A stretch of DNA of 64,000 bases from Gemmatimonadales bacterium. GTDB taxonomy: Bacteria > Gemmatimonadota > Gemmatimonadetes > Gemmatimonadales > GWC2-71-9. The first letter of the stretch is position 1. Each line of letters opens with the position of its first letter. The stretch lies in the NCBI GenBank assembly GCA_050183505.1, contig JBFXBG010000002.1, positions 13,881-77,880 on the forward strand, read 5' to 3'. The position numbers and the translations under genes were made by a program. Below, piece by piece: positions 24,882 to 34,895 of the stretch. The notes under the pieces are model-generated. The model did no database searches and had not been told where the DNA came from. It worked only from the letters and a program-made list of their open reading frames with translations.

Positions 24882-25666
24882 GTCAGATCTCCTTCCGCCA
24901 GATACTCCCGCAGACGCTGTAGTGCCCGGGTCCGGATCTGGGAGACCCGGGACTCCGAGACGTGGAGCAGTTCGCCGATCTGTTTCAGGTTCACCTGCTC
25001 GTAGAAGGACAGGCTGACGACCAGGCGTTCCTTCTCCGGCAACCGATCGAGGGCCCGGCGCAGGACGGCCACGGTCTCCTGCTGATCCAGCAGATCCGCC
25101 GGCCCCGCCCCATCCTCGTCGGCCAGCCGCTCCGCGAGACTGCCCTGCTCCGGAGTCGCGACCGGATCCATCGAGACGAACCGGCCGCCCTGAAGATCCT
25201 CGTTCCACTGCCAGTAGGTTTCGAGATCGACCTGCAGCGCATCGGCCATCTCAGCCGGAGTCGGGACCCGTCCCAGTTCCTGCTGCAGCCGTTCCCGGGC
25301 TTCGGCCACCCGGCGCGCCCGCGCCCGGGCACCGCGGGGCTGCCAGTTGCGGGCCCGGAGTTCATCCAGCATCGCGCCCCGGATCCGGGGCACGGCGAAG
25401 GAACTGAAGGCCAGTCCCCGGGTGTGGTCGAAGCCCTCCAGCGCCTGCACCAGGCCGAGCGTGCCGGCGCTCACCAGATCGTCCAGCTCGGCGTAATCTC
25501 CCGAGCGCCGGGCCAGCTGGTGGGCCGCATGGTGGACCAGTCCCAGGTAACTGGTGAGCAGCTGAGCCCGCGCCGAGGGGTCCTGGTCGCGGCGGTACCG
25601 CTCCCACAGCCGGTCGGTGAGTCCGCTCCCGGAGCGCCCGGAGGTATCAGCGGTGAGCGGCTGCAT
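24878..25666 (-). CDS. fliA: flagellar sigma factor FliA (sigma28)
   Basis: Regions 2-4 present (DLVSAGTLGLVQALEGFD, FSSFAVPRIRGAMLDELR, LKQIGELLHVSESRVSQIRTRAL). Start set at MQPLTADT. Confidence 0.9.
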   Translation of the reverse strand: MQPLTADTSGRSGSGLTDRLWERYRRDQDPSARAQLLTSYLGLVHHAAHQLARRSGDYAELDDLVSAGTLGLVQALEGFDHTRGLAFSSFAVPRIRGAMLDELRARNWQPRGARARARRVAEARERLQQELGRVPTPAEMADALQVDLETYWQWNEDLQGGRFVSMDPVATPEQGSLAERLADEDGAGPADLLDQQETVAVLRRALDRLPEKERLVVSLSFYEQVNLKQIGELLHVSESRVSQIRTRALQRLREYLAEGDLT

Positions 25667-26483
25667 GGTGGTGTCCCCGGGTGGTAGACTGTTCCAGCCG
25701 CGCCAGCAGATCGGTGAGGCCCGGCGGCTCGTGCCGCAGCAGCGTCGAAGGGTCCTGCAGCGCCGCCCGCATGGACGCGTCTTCTTCGACCGCCCCGGCG
25801 AACCCCACATCCCGCTTGAGGAACCGGCTCGCGGCCAGCCGCAGCCGTTCATGGACTCCAAGCGCTTCTTCCGAATCGGAGACCCGGTTCACCACCACGT
25901 CGACCGGGACCGACGGAACCTGCAGGGTCACGATCTTGGTGAGGGCATACGCGTCGCTCAGGGCGGCCGGTTCCGGCACGGCCAGCACCAGCAGCCGGGT
26001 GGCCGCGATGGCCACCGCCCGCACGACCTCCTCGATGCCGCCTCCGGCATCGACGATCACGTGATCGTACCGGTCGTAGAGCGTGGTGAGCCTGTGATAG
26101 AGCCTGGCGCGATCGGTCACCGTCAGTCCGTGAATCGCTTCCGCGCCGGACTCGGCCGGGAGCAGCCAGAGGTTGCGGGTCACCGCGGTGAGCAGCGCCT
26201 CCGGCCGGACGATTCCCGCGTGCAGGTCGGACAGTTTTGCCGCGGGCCGCAGGCCCAGCATGATGTGCAGGTTGCCCAGGTTCTGGGCGCCGTCGACGAG
26301 CAGCGTGCGCCGGCCGGACCGGGCCAGGGCCGAAGCCAGGAGGATCGAGAGCACCGACTTCCCCACACCGCCCTTACCGCTGCCCAGGACCCAGGCAGGA
26401 ACACGCGGCGGCTCCGCCGGAGCGGGCACCACGGCAGAGGTTGCCGCCACCATGGCCCGGAGGGCCGCGGCCTGATCGTTCAT
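25647..26483 (-). CDS. flhG: MinD/ParA-type ATPase FlhG (FleN/YlxH)
   Basis: Deviant Walker A GSGKGGVGKS. Position between flhF and fliA. Confidence 0.85.
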   Translation of the reverse strand: MNDQAAALRAMVAATSAVVPAPAEPPRVPAWVLGSGKGGVGKSVLSILLASALARSGRRTLLVDGAQNLGNLHIMLGLRPAAKLSDLHAGIVRPEALLTAVTRNLWLLPAESGAEAIHGLTVTDRARLYHRLTTLYDRYDHVIVDAGGGIEEVVRAVAIAATRLLVLAVPEPAALSDAYALTKIVTLQVPSVPVDVVVNRVSDSEEALGVHERLRLAASRFLKRDVGFAGAVEEDASMRAALQDPSTLLRHEPPGLTDLLARLEQSTTRGHHHAAAHR

Positions 26484-27328
26484 GCCACCACCGGGGCCGT
26501 CCGGTCCGCCGCCGGACGTTCACACGCGTTCCGCAGGCGCGCGGCGGCGCTCTTCAGATCGGTGGGGACCTCCTGGCCGTCGGTCAACCACCGCATGGGC
26601 AGCCCGAAGTCGGCGGCCAGGTCGAAGACCATCGCGTCGCCGGGGAATTCGTCCATCTTGCTGGCCAGCAGATGGGTGACCCCCCGCGGCCGGTATTCGG
26701 CCACGACCCGCCGGGCGAGCTGGGGCCGGAGACCGGCCGGCACCACCAGGTGCACTTCCAGCGGGCGGAGCCGCCGGAGCTGATCGAAGGTGGCCTTCAC
26801 GTCGGCCCGGACCGCGGGGCCCCGCCCGGCGGTATCGACCAGCACCACCTCGCGGTCACGCAGCCGGCGGGTGGCCGCGGCGAGATCTCCCGCTTCGTAG
26901 GCGACCTCGATCGGGATCTTCGCGATTTCCGCGTAGATCCTCGACTGCTCCACTCCGCCGATGCGATAGGTATCCAGGCACAGCAGGCCCACCCGCCTGC
27001 CTCCGAAAACGTGCGGGTGGGTGGCCAGCTTGGCGATCGTCGTGGTCTTGCCCGCGCCGGTCGGACCGACCAGAGCGATGAACGCGGGCCCGTTGCCTGA
27101 GGGCCCCGCGTCCAGGCGCGGGATCATGCCGCACTGGCCGGCACGGATGAGCTTCCGCGGCGCGGCGCGTTCGGCGGCACCGGCGCTCTCGGGATCGGCC
27201 GCCACCAGCTCGAAGCCGCCACCGGAAGACCGCCGAACCGACAGGACGACGGCGTCCACCCCCAGAACCGCCTGGGCATGGGTAAGCAGCGCGGGGATAT
27301 CCCGGCCCGAAAAGGTCTCAAGCGGCAT
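26480..27328 (-). CDS. flhF: SRP-type GTPase FlhF (short N-terminal region)
   Basis: G1 LVGPTGAGKTTT, G3 VLVDTAGR and DTYRIGGVEQ. Confidence 0.85.
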   Translation of the reverse strand: MPLETFSGRDIPALLTHAQAVLGVDAVVLSVRRSSGGGFELVAADPESAGAAERAAPRKLIRAGQCGMIPRLDAGPSGNGPAFIALVGPTGAGKTTTIAKLATHPHVFGGRRVGLLCLDTYRIGGVEQSRIYAEIAKIPIEVAYEAGDLAAATRRLRDREVVLVDTAGRGPAVRADVKATFDQLRRLRPLEVHLVVPAGLRPQLARRVVAEYRPRGVTHLLASKMDEFPGDAMVFDLAADFGLPMRWLTDGQEVPTDLKSAAARLRNACERPAADRTAPVVA

Positions 27329-29495
27329 GGGGCAACTCCCAGGTGGCGATGGTGTGAATCGGGGTGTGCGTGGGCAGCTCCGCCAGCGAGATCACGGGCA
27401 GGCGGGGCAGCACCGGCTCCAGCAGCCGGCGGACGCCGACGCGCAGCGCCGGCGACGTGATCAGGGGCGCCAGCCGTCCATCCTGCCGGGTGGACGCGGC
27501 CATTTCCGTCAGGGACTGCAGCACGGCGGCGAGATCGGCGGAATCCATCGGCCGCTGGCCGTCGCGCGGCCGGGGCCCGAACAGCTGGATCAGCGCGGCC
27601 TCCAGCCGCGGGCCCATGCCGATCGCCCGGATGGCACCCTGGCCGCCGCCCAGCTTCTGGACGATCACCGACGACAGCGCGCGCCGGACATGCTCGGTGA
27701 GAATCTCCGGGTCCTTGGTCTGTTCCGCGGCGTCCGACAGCGCCTCGAGGATGGTGATGAGATCCCGGACCGGGATGCCCTCCCGGAGAAGCCGCTGCAG
27801 CACCCGGTGTACCGTACCCAGCGGCAGCCGGTTGGGGACGACGTCCTCGACCAGGGCGGGATTGGACTCCTTGAGGCCGTCCAGCAGTTCACGGGTATCC
27901 TGCCGGCTCAGCAGCTCGGCGGCGTGCTGCCGGATCGCCTCCATCAGATGAGTCGAGATGACCGTCTGCGCCTCGACGACGTTGTAGCCGTGGGCTTCCG
28001 CGTCGGCCCGCTGCCCCGGATTGATCCAGAGGGCCGGGATGCCGAAGCTCGGGTCGGTGGTGGGAATGCCGTCCAGCTTGCCCGCGTGTCCCGAGGTGTT
28101 CAGGGCCAGCAGCTGACGCGGCAGCACTTCGCTGCCGGCCACCCGTACGCCCCGCATCTTGATCACGTACTCATTGGCGCCCAGCTGGATGTTGTCGCGG
28201 ATCCGCGCCGGCGGCACGATGATCCCGATTTCAAACGCCAGTTGCTTGCGCAGGATGCCGATCCGCTGCAGCAGATCCCCGCCCTGCTGTTCGTCCACCA
28301 GCGGAAGCAGAGCGTAGCCGATCTCCAGCTCCAGCGGGTCCATCGCGAGCATCTCCCGGATCACCGGCGGGGCCGATGCCGCGGAAGCCGGTTCGCCGGT
28401 CTTCTCGGCGACGTTGGCAGCCGCGGCTGCGGCCTTTTTTCTCGTGCCGATCCGGTAGGCGATGCCGGCGGACCCGGCGGACAGCAGAAGGAAGGGAATC
28501 GCCGGCAGCCCGGGCACGACCGCGAAGAGGGCCAGCAGGCCGGAGGCGGTCCAGATGGCACGCGCGTCGCGGGTGAGCTGGGCCGCGAGCGAGGGCGCCA
28601 TCGAACTGCCACCCGAGCCGTAGGTCACCAGCATGCCGGCGGCGGTACTCACGACCAGGGCCGGGATCTGGGTGACCAGGCCGTCGCCCACCGACAGGGC
28701 ACTGAACGTGCTCAACGACTGACCCGCGCTCATGCCGTGCTGGGTCATGCCGATGACGAATCCGCCGATCAGGTTGATGCCGGTGATGATCAGCCCGGCG
28801 ACGGCATCGCCCCGGACGAACTTGGCGGCGCCGTCCATCGACCCGTAGAAGTCGGCGTAGCGGCTGATCTCCTCCCGCCGGCGACGGGCCTCGTGTTCGT
28901 CGATCAGCCCGGCGCTCAGGTCGGCGTCGATGCTCATCTGGCGGCCGGGCATGGCATCCAGGGTGAACCGCGCCGCCACCTCGGCGATGCGCCCCGCGCC
29001 CTTGGTGATGACCGTGAAGTTGATCACCACGAGAATCAGGAAGATCACCAGACCGACGACATAGTTGCCGCCGATCACGAAGTTGCCGAAGGCCGCGATG
29101 ACCTGCCCGGCCGACCCGGTGCTCAGGATCAGACGGGTGCTGCTCACGTTGAGCCCCAGCCGCAGCAGCGTGATCAGCAGCAGCAGGCTCGGGAAGATGC
29201 TGAACTCGAGCGGATCGCGGCAGGAAACCGTCACCAGCAGCACCACCACGGCCAGCGCGATGCTCAGGGCCAGCAGGGCGTCCAGCAGGAACGGCGGCAG
29301 CGGCATCACCAGCAGGGCCACGACCGCCACCACACCGATCGCCAGATACGTCTCGGCCGACGACGAAAGCAGCCGGGAGCGGGCGGACGTGCCCGCACCG
29401 GTGGCCACGCCCCGGCCCTGACCCGGACGGGCGCCCTGGGCCACGGTGCCGCTCCGTACCGGGGCGGCGGCAGCGGGAGTGACGACCGCCGTCAC
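27318..29495 (-). CDS. flhA: flagellar export gate protein FlhA
   Basis: Conserved TM region and FHIPEP-like segment (ITKGAGRIAEVAARFTLDAMPGRQMSIDADL). GTG start overlaps the flhB stop (GTGA). Confidence 0.9.
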   Translation of the reverse strand: MTAVVTPAAAAPVRSGTVAQGARPGQGRGVATGAGTSARSRLLSSSAETYLAIGVVAVVALLVMPLPPFLLDALLALSIALAVVVLLVTVSCRDPLEFSIFPSLLLLITLLRLGLNVSSTRLILSTGSAGQVIAAFGNFVIGGNYVVGLVIFLILVVINFTVITKGAGRIAEVAARFTLDAMPGRQMSIDADLSAGLIDEHEARRRREEISRYADFYGSMDGAAKFVRGDAVAGLIITGINLIGGFVIGMTQHGMSAGQSLSTFSALSVGDGLVTQIPALVVSTAAGMLVTYGSGGSSMAPSLAAQLTRDARAIWTASGLLALFAVVPGLPAIPFLLLSAGSAGIAYRIGTRKKAAAAAANVAEKTGEPASAASAPPVIREMLAMDPLELEIGYALLPLVDEQQGGDLLQRIGILRKQLAFEIGIIVPPARIRDNIQLGANEYVIKMRGVRVAGSEVLPRQLLALNTSGHAGKLDGIPTTDPSFGIPALWINPGQRADAEAHGYNVVEAQTVISTHLMEAIRQHAAELLSRQDTRELLDGLKESNPALVEDVVPNRLPLGTVHRVLQRLLREGIPVRDLITILEALSDAAEQTKDPEILTEHVRRALSSVIVQKLGGGQGAIRAIGMGPRLEAALIQLFGPRPRDGQRPMDSADLAAVLQSLTEMAASTRQDGRLAPLITSPALRVGVRRLLEPVLPRLPVISLAELPTHTPIHTIATWELPHAA

Positions 29496-30601
29496 GAAGG
29501 CCTCCGGGTCTCAACCGACCCGGCCGAGGGGAGGCCGGCCCGCCGGCGATAGACGAACGCCAGGATCTCGGCCACCGCCGCGTAGAGCGCCGGGGGAATC
29601 GAACGGCCGACGGTGGCCGTGGCGAGCAGGGCCCGCGCCACGGCAACGTTCTCCACCACCGGGACATCATGGTCGAACGCGATCCGCTTGATACGCTCGG
29701 CCAGCTTCCGTTCGCCCATGGCGAGGACCACCGGAGCGGCGGCCACCGAGACGTCGTATTGCAGCGCGACGGCGACATGCGTGGGGTTGACGATGACCAC
29801 ATCGGCCCGGGGAACCTGCTGCAGCATCCGCTGGCGGGCACGGGAGCGGGCCAGCGACTGGATCCGGCTCTTGATCAGCGGATCGCCTTCGCTCTCCCGG
29901 TGCTCCTGCACCACTTCCTGCCGGGTCATCTTGAGGCTCTTCTCGGTCTGGAAAACCTGGAACCCGTAGTCGAAGGCCGCCAGCGCCAGGAATGCCAGGC
30001 CGGTGATCATGGCCAGCCGCAGGACCAGCGACCGCACCATCATCAGCGTGGCCTCGGGACCGGTCTCGGCGAGGGTGAGGATCTCCGGCCAGGCGCGCGC
30101 CAGAACCATCCAGGTCACCAGTCCGAGGATCAGCACCTTGGCGGTCGATTTGAGCAGCGCCGCGACGGCCTCGAGGCCGAAGATCCGCTTGAGGTTGGCC
30201 AGCGGACTCAACCGTGAGAGCTGGGGACGCAACGGCTGCCCGGTGACCAGGCCGCGTGTCTGGATCAGGCCGACCAGCACCACGATCGCGGTGATACCGA
30301 CCAGGAGCGGCAGCAGCGCGAGCAGCAGACCGAGACCCAGGTCCCGCAGCATGCTGACGACGCTGGCGGGGGTCAGCGGACCGGCCGAGAGGGTCCGGGC
30401 CGACTGGCGGAGCGAGCGGGCGGCGAACCCGGCCAGGGTTCCGCCGGCGGCCACCGCCACCGCCCCGGTCCCCGCCAGGAGAACCGCGGCCGTCAGCAGC
30501 TCGGCGCTCCGCGGGATCTTGCCCTCCTCCCGGGCGCGTTGCCGCTTGCGCGGGGTCGGACTCTCGGTCCGTTCCTGGGCGGAATTCTGTTCGTCAGCCA
30601 T
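29492..30601 (-). CDS. flhB: flagellar export switch protein FlhB
   Basis: N-terminus EQNSAQERTESPTPRKRQRAREEGKIPRS. Autocleavage site VIVNPTHVAVAL. Confidence 0.9.
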   Translation of the reverse strand: MADEQNSAQERTESPTPRKRQRAREEGKIPRSAELLTAAVLLAGTGAVAVAAGGTLAGFAARSLRQSARTLSAGPLTPASVVSMLRDLGLGLLLALLPLLVGITAIVVLVGLIQTRGLVTGQPLRPQLSRLSPLANLKRIFGLEAVAALLKSTAKVLILGLVTWMVLARAWPEILTLAETGPEATLMMVRSLVLRLAMITGLAFLALAAFDYGFQVFQTEKSLKMTRQEVVQEHRESEGDPLIKSRIQSLARSRARQRMLQQVPRADVVIVNPTHVAVALQYDVSVAAAPVVLAMGERKLAERIKRIAFDHDVPVVENVAVARALLATATVGRSIPPALYAAVAEILAFVYRRRAGLPSAGSVETRRPS

Positions 30602-30604
30602 GGA

Positions 30605-31399
30605 TCACCGCGGCACCGGTTGAAAGCTCTGAAGCACTTCCTGCACCTGGGATGGGATCCCGTGCATCCACCGCTCGATTACCGGTGCCACCACGCCGAG
30701 GGAAGCACCAAGGGTCACCAGGCCGAGCGCGATCACGATCGGGAACGACACCATCATCGCATTCAGGTGAGGCACGGCCCGGCTCAGGATCGCCAGGGCC
30801 AGATTGGCCAGCAGCAGAGCGACCATGACCGGCGCGGCCGCGCGCAAGGCGCTGCTGAAGAGCGTACCCGCCAGCATCGTGGCCCCGGTGGCGCCGCCCT
30901 GGAGACTCATGGGCATGCCGGGCGGAAGGATCCGAAGACTGTCCGCCAGCCCCTGCAGCAGCATGGTGTGGCCACCCACGCTGACGTAAATCAGCAGCGC
31001 GAGCGCCGACTGGATCTGGCCGACGCCGGAGACCTGCATGTCCGGCGTGGGGAGCAGGGCGGGACCGAGGGACAGGCTCATCTGCAGCGAGATCACCTCG
31101 CCCGCGAGGGCCGCTCCCTGGACCACCACCGCCGCGGTGAGCCCGATGGCGAGCCCGACGATGAATTCCATGGCCAGCGGGAGCGGCAGATCCAGCCACT
31201 GATCCGGCATGGTCACCCGCGGCGCACCGGGCAGCAGCAGGATCGCCAGGAGCACGGTGATGGCCGCCCGGGCCGGACGCGGCAGCGCCGTCATGGACCA
31301 GAGCGGCGCGGCCAGCATCAGTCCGCCGAGCCGGGTGGAGATCAGCACGAAGGCCGGCCAGCTTCCCGGGCGCAGGGCCTGGATCAGAAAGTCCGGCAT
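30605..31399 (-). CDS. fliR: flagellar export apparatus protein FliR
   Basis: 264-aa polytopic protein between fliQ and flhB. Confidence 0.85.
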   Translation of the reverse strand: MPDFLIQALRPGSWPAFVLISTRLGGLMLAAPLWSMTALPRPARAAITVLLAILLLPGAPRVTMPDQWLDLPLPLAMEFIVGLAIGLTAAVVVQGAALAGEVISLQMSLSLGPALLPTPDMQVSGVGQIQSALALLIYVSVGGHTMLLQGLADSLRILPPGMPMSLQGGATGATMLAGTLFSSALRAAAPVMVALLLANLALAILSRAVPHLNAMMVSFPIVIALGLVTLGASLGVVAPVIERWMHGIPSQVQEVLQSFQPVPR

Positions 31400-31668
31400 C
31401 AGGACCCCAGTGTCGGCAGGCTGCGCAGGGTGCCGACCAGGTACTCGATGAGCTGATTCAGCATCCAGGGTAGCGTCAGCACCAGCACCAGGCCGGTCAG
31501 CAGCAGCTTGGGAATGAAGGTCAGCGTCTGTTCCTGGATCTGGGTCACCGCCTGCAGCAGGCTGATGACGATGCCCGTGAGCATGGCGGTGAGCAGGGCC
31601 GGTCCCGCCACCAGCGCGGTGAGCAGGATGGCACGGCGGACCAGTTCGACGGCAAGAGCGGCGGACAT
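31399..31668 (-). CDS. fliQ: flagellar export apparatus protein FliQ
   Basis: 89 aa, with the typical QAVTQIQEQTLTFIPK segment. Confidence 0.9.
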   Translation of the reverse strand: MSAALAVELVRRAILLTALVAGPALLTAMLTGIVISLLQAVTQIQEQTLTFIPKLLLTGLVLVLTLPWMLNQLIEYLVGTLRSLPTLGS

Positions 31669-31672
31669 CGGA

Positions 31673-32827
31673 TCACCGGAAGCTGGCGACGAGATTCTGG
31701 ACCACGAGGCTCCAGCCGTCGGCCAGCACGAAGAGCAGCAGTTTGAAGGGCAACGAGATCATCACCGGCGGCAGCATGAACATGCCGAGGCTCATGAGCA
31801 CCGACGCGACGATCAGATCGATGACGACGAAGGGCAGGAAGATGACGAAGCCCATCTGGAACGCGGTCCGCAGCTCGCTGGTGACGAACGCCGAGACGAT
31901 CGTGACCGTCGGCAGATCCTCGGCGGTCTCCACGCTCTCCACATGGCTCAGGTCGGCGAAGAGCGTCAGGTCCTGCTCCCGGGTGTTCCCCAGCATGAAC
32001 TCGCGGAACGGGTGCAGCGACCGGCTGTAGGCCTCCGCCTGGCTGATCTGTCCGTCGAAGTAGGGCCGCAGGGCGGTGCGATTGGCCTCCTGCAGCACCG
32101 GGTTCATGACGACCCCGGTGAGCAGCACCGCGAACGCGACCAGCAACTGGCCCGGAGGCGTCGTCTGGGTGCCGAGGGCGGAGCGCAGGAAGTGCAGGAC
32201 GATCAGGATCCGGGTGAAGCTGGTCATCAACAGGAACAGCGCCGGCAGGATAGTCAGCACACCCATGAACACGACCAGACCCACCGTGCCGGACAGATGG
32301 AGCCCGTCGCTCCCTTCACCCAGGCGGATGTCGATCTGCGGCGGAGCCGGCGGGGTCACCCGTGGGCCGGCCGGCTGCTGCACCGCGGCCGGGGCCGGCC
32401 GGGCGGCCGGCGTCTGGGCCGGCAGCCACCGGGGACCGACCAGCAGAAGCAGGAGCACCAGCGGCAGCGCGCGGCGCAGACGTGGGAGCCAGCCCGCGCC
32501 CGCCATCGTGAAGGCCGCCGGCGTCTGCGGCGTGGCCGGCGCCAGCGCCTGGTCGCAGGCCTCGCCGGTGAGTTCGGTCAGCAGCGTGGTGCCGCCGTCC
32601 CCGACCGACACGACCAGGACCCGGTCGGCCACCCGGAGCAGCGCCACGTTCTGTTTGGGACCGACCGGGATGCGCCGGAGCACCTGCAGCGGAACCCGGC
32701 CGCTGTCGCCGCCGAGGCCGTGCTGCAGCCGGCGGAGCAGCCGGACCGCCAGCGCCAGCAGGCCGAAGGTGACGGCCAGCGCGCCGACCAGGCTACCGAG
32801 ACCGGTCATCGGCGGCAGCGTCCGCAC
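31673..32827 (-). CDS. fliP: FliO and FliP encoded in one uninterrupted reading frame (apparent FliO-FliP fusion)
   Basis: The N-terminal roughly 100 aa is FliO-like (TM plus VLRRIPVGPKQNVALLRVADRVLVVSV). This is followed by a FliP signal peptide and core (LTILPALFLLMTSFTRILIVLHFLRSALG). No stop lies between them. The start could instead be M7 (32809). Confidence 0.8.
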   Translation of the reverse strand: MRTLPPMTGLGSLVGALAVTFGLLALAVRLLRRLQHGLGGDSGRVPLQVLRRIPVGPKQNVALLRVADRVLVVSVGDGGTTLLTELTGEACDQALAPATPQTPAAFTMAGAGWLPRLRRALPLVLLLLLVGPRWLPAQTPAARPAPAAVQQPAGPRVTPPAPPQIDIRLGEGSDGLHLSGTVGLVVFMGVLTILPALFLLMTSFTRILIVLHFLRSALGTQTTPPGQLLVAFAVLLTGVVMNPVLQEANRTALRPYFDGQISQAEAYSRSLHPFREFMLGNTREQDLTLFADLSHVESVETAEDLPTVTIVSAFVTSELRTAFQMGFVIFLPFVVIDLIVASVLMSLGMFMLPPVMISLPFKLLLFVLADGWSLVVQNLVASFR

Positions 32828-33137
32828 CCGCGGGCGCCGACATGAGACGGGTGATCCTGATCCCGAAGTATTCTCCGGTCACCACGACCTCGCCTTCGGC
32901 CAGCTTGCGGTCGCTGACGTACACGTCGACCGGTTCGCCAACCATCCGGTCCAGCTGAATGACGGAGCCGGTCCCCAGCTGGAGGATCTCCTCCACCGTC
33001 ATGTTGGCGCGGCCGAACTCGATCACGACCGGCATGGAAACGTCGAGCAGCGCCTCGAGCGTGGCACCGGCGCCGGAACGCGCCGCGGCCGCCTCGAGCG
33101 CGGGGGGCGTGGGCGCCGCCGCGGTGGGCTTGGTCAC
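32793..33137 (-). CDS. fliN: flagellar switch protein FliN
   Basis: SpoA domain LLDVSMPVVIEFGRANMTVEEILQLGTGSVIQLD. Confidence 0.9.
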   Translation of the reverse strand: MTKPTAAAPTPPALEAAAARSGAGATLEALLDVSMPVVIEFGRANMTVEEILQLGTGSVIQLDRMVGEPVDVYVSDRKLAEGEVVVTGEYFGIRITRLMSAPAGADAAADDRSR

Positions 33138-34129
33138 GAAATGATCTCCTGCCGGACGGGAGCCGGCCGTACTCCGGTGGATGGTGCAAGACGCTGGGTG
33201 ATCCGAAGCCCGAGCCTGCGGCGGACCTGCCCCAGCGTGCCGAGAAAGCGGGATTGACCGTTCACATGAACTTCAAGCTGGCCGTCGGGCGGCTGCCGGG
33301 TCGGGAGCACCTGCCCGACTTCGAGTCGCGCCAGCGCGCGGGCGCTGAGCCAGAGCGGCGGCATCCGCACCGAAACCGCCAGCCGGACCTGCCGCAGCCC
33401 GGATTCCACCTGCACCCGGTTGGGCGTGCCGTGGGCCGGCGCGTTGTGGACACTGGGCGTCGCGGTCTGCAGAAAGGCCTCCAGCATGCTCATCGGCAGC
33501 GCCACCGTCGTGAAACCGCGGAAGGCGCCGCTCCGCACTTCGATATTGGCGATGAGCACGTTCTCTTCCCGGCTGGTGACCTGCAGCGCATCCGGATTCG
33601 ACTCGAAGCCGACCATCTCCGGCGCCAGCGGCAGGTAATCCTCCCAGGCATCCTTCAGCAGGCCGAGCATCCGCTCGGCTACGCCGCGCACAACGCCCTG
33701 CTCCAGCGGCGTGACCGCCCGGCGGAGCCGGGTCGGCTCTCCCGGCCCGCCGAACAGCCGGTCGATGAGGTAGAAGGAGAAGCCGGTTCCCAGGTCGATC
33801 ACCCCGTACCCGCTGTTGGCACCCTCACTGCGGAACACGAATGCGGCACAGGGCGCGCCGAGAGACAGCAGGAACTCGCCGAAGGTGGCCTGCTCCACGC
33901 TGGAAACCGCCACGTCCATCGGGCAGCGAAGCCGAGACGAAAGATGCGACTGCACGCTCAGGGCGAACCGCCCGTAGATCGTCTGCAGCAGCGTCCGCCG
34001 GTCCTTGGAGACCCGGGGCGGCTGCAGGAAGTTGAAGGGAACGACTTCGGCCGACGCATCGCCGCCGGTCAGGGGAACCGTCCCCTGCAGCAGCGCGTCG
34101 ATATCCCTCTGCGTAAGGCGCTCGGTCAT
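33134..34129 (-). CDS. fliM: flagellar switch protein FliM
   Basis: N-terminal LTQRDIDALL motif, middle domain and C-terminal SpoA-like domain. Confidence 0.85.
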   Translation of the reverse strand: MTERLTQRDIDALLQGTVPLTGGDASAEVVPFNFLQPPRVSKDRRTLLQTIYGRFALSVQSHLSSRLRCPMDVAVSSVEQATFGEFLLSLGAPCAAFVFRSEGANSGYGVIDLGTGFSFYLIDRLFGGPGEPTRLRRAVTPLEQGVVRGVAERMLGLLKDAWEDYLPLAPEMVGFESNPDALQVTSREENVLIANIEVRSGAFRGFTTVALPMSMLEAFLQTATPSVHNAPAHGTPNRVQVESGLRQVRLAVSVRMPPLWLSARALARLEVGQVLPTRQPPDGQLEVHVNGQSRFLGTLGQVRRRLGLRITQRLAPSTGVRPAPVRQEIIS

Positions 34130-34136
34130 GATCGGA

Positions 34137-34652
34137 TCACTGGAGGACGAATTGCGGCAGAAACACCCGCAGCCGGTCGCTGCTCACGATCGGAGCCACC
34201 GCGAGGGCCAGCTGGCGCTTCAGCGTGTCCCGGGCGCCCGGCAGCAACAGAGCATCCCAGGAGGTCGAACTCAGCACGCCGATGACGGCGTCCCGGACCT
34301 CGACCTCCCGCTCCCGGGCCCGGTCCTCGGTCCTGCTGTCGGGAAACTCGAAGGCCACCGAAGCCATCAGGAACCGGGTTCCCTGCGAGCCGGCAGGGTT
34401 CACGATGATGTTCTCCAGCTTGAGCATGATCCCCGTCCCCGGTTCCGCGGCATGCTCCGGCTCCGGGGTGGCAACCTCGGCCGGCCCCGCCTTCGCCTTG
34501 GCGGCCAGCCGCGGTCCGACGACAAACACGCCGGCGCCGCCGCCGAGCACCAGCGCGAGCCCCACGATGCCGAAGACCACGAACCCCTTCTTCCGGGGCG
34601 GGGCGGCTTCGGCCGGTGGCGCTTCCTGTGTTTCCTGGTCGGTCATGGTCAT
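34137..34652 (-). CDS. fliL: flagellar basal-body-associated protein FliL
   Basis: Single TM FVVFGIVGLALVLGGG, then LENIIVNPAGSQGTRFLMASVAFEF. Start moved to the ATG at 34652 because the sigma54 element lies at 34696..34711. Confidence 0.75.
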   Translation of the reverse strand: MTMTDQETQEAPPAEAAPPRKKGFVVFGIVGLALVLGGGAGVFVVGPRLAAKAKAGPAEVATPEPEHAAEPGTGIMLKLENIIVNPAGSQGTRFLMASVAFEFPDSRTEDRAREREVEVRDAVIGVLSSTSWDALLLPGARDTLKRQLALAVAPIVSSDRLRVFLPQFVLQ

Positions 34653-34695
34653 TCCGGAATAGGGTGGCGCGTGCATCGGGTTCGCCCCCGGCAAA

Positions 34696-34711
34696 AGCAA
34701 CGCGCGTACCA
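34696..34711 (-). promoter_or_regulatory. sigma54-type promoter upstream of fliL: TGGTAC-GCGCG-TTGCT
   Basis: Close match to TGGCAC-N5-TTGCW on the minus strand, about 45 nt upstream of the fliL ATG. Confidence 0.55.
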
Positions 34712-34895
34712 CACCGGGGCGTCATCGGAAGTGCCCGGACGCCGGCCCGGCAACACCTCGGATCCTGTTGTGGGGAATCGACTTGCGAGGGAGGCCCGGG
34801 AGGGCGGTGAATCGGCGGCGGGGTGGTGCGACGAGGCGGGCGGCTGAACCAGCCGGACCGGACGGAATACTCTTCCGGCGGAAGCGGCGAGAATT

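Noticed and set aside
27021-29552. 843-aa plus-strand ORF antisense to flhA. Similar long antisense ORFs occur at 18172..20247, 6767..8473, 9945..11660, 13342..14493, 31508..32845, 39039..40436 and 51686..53593.
   Set aside because: All lie opposite genes with clear family signatures. They have Arg/Gly/Pro/His-biased composition and no recognisable motifs, so I regard them as GC-rich frame artefacts.
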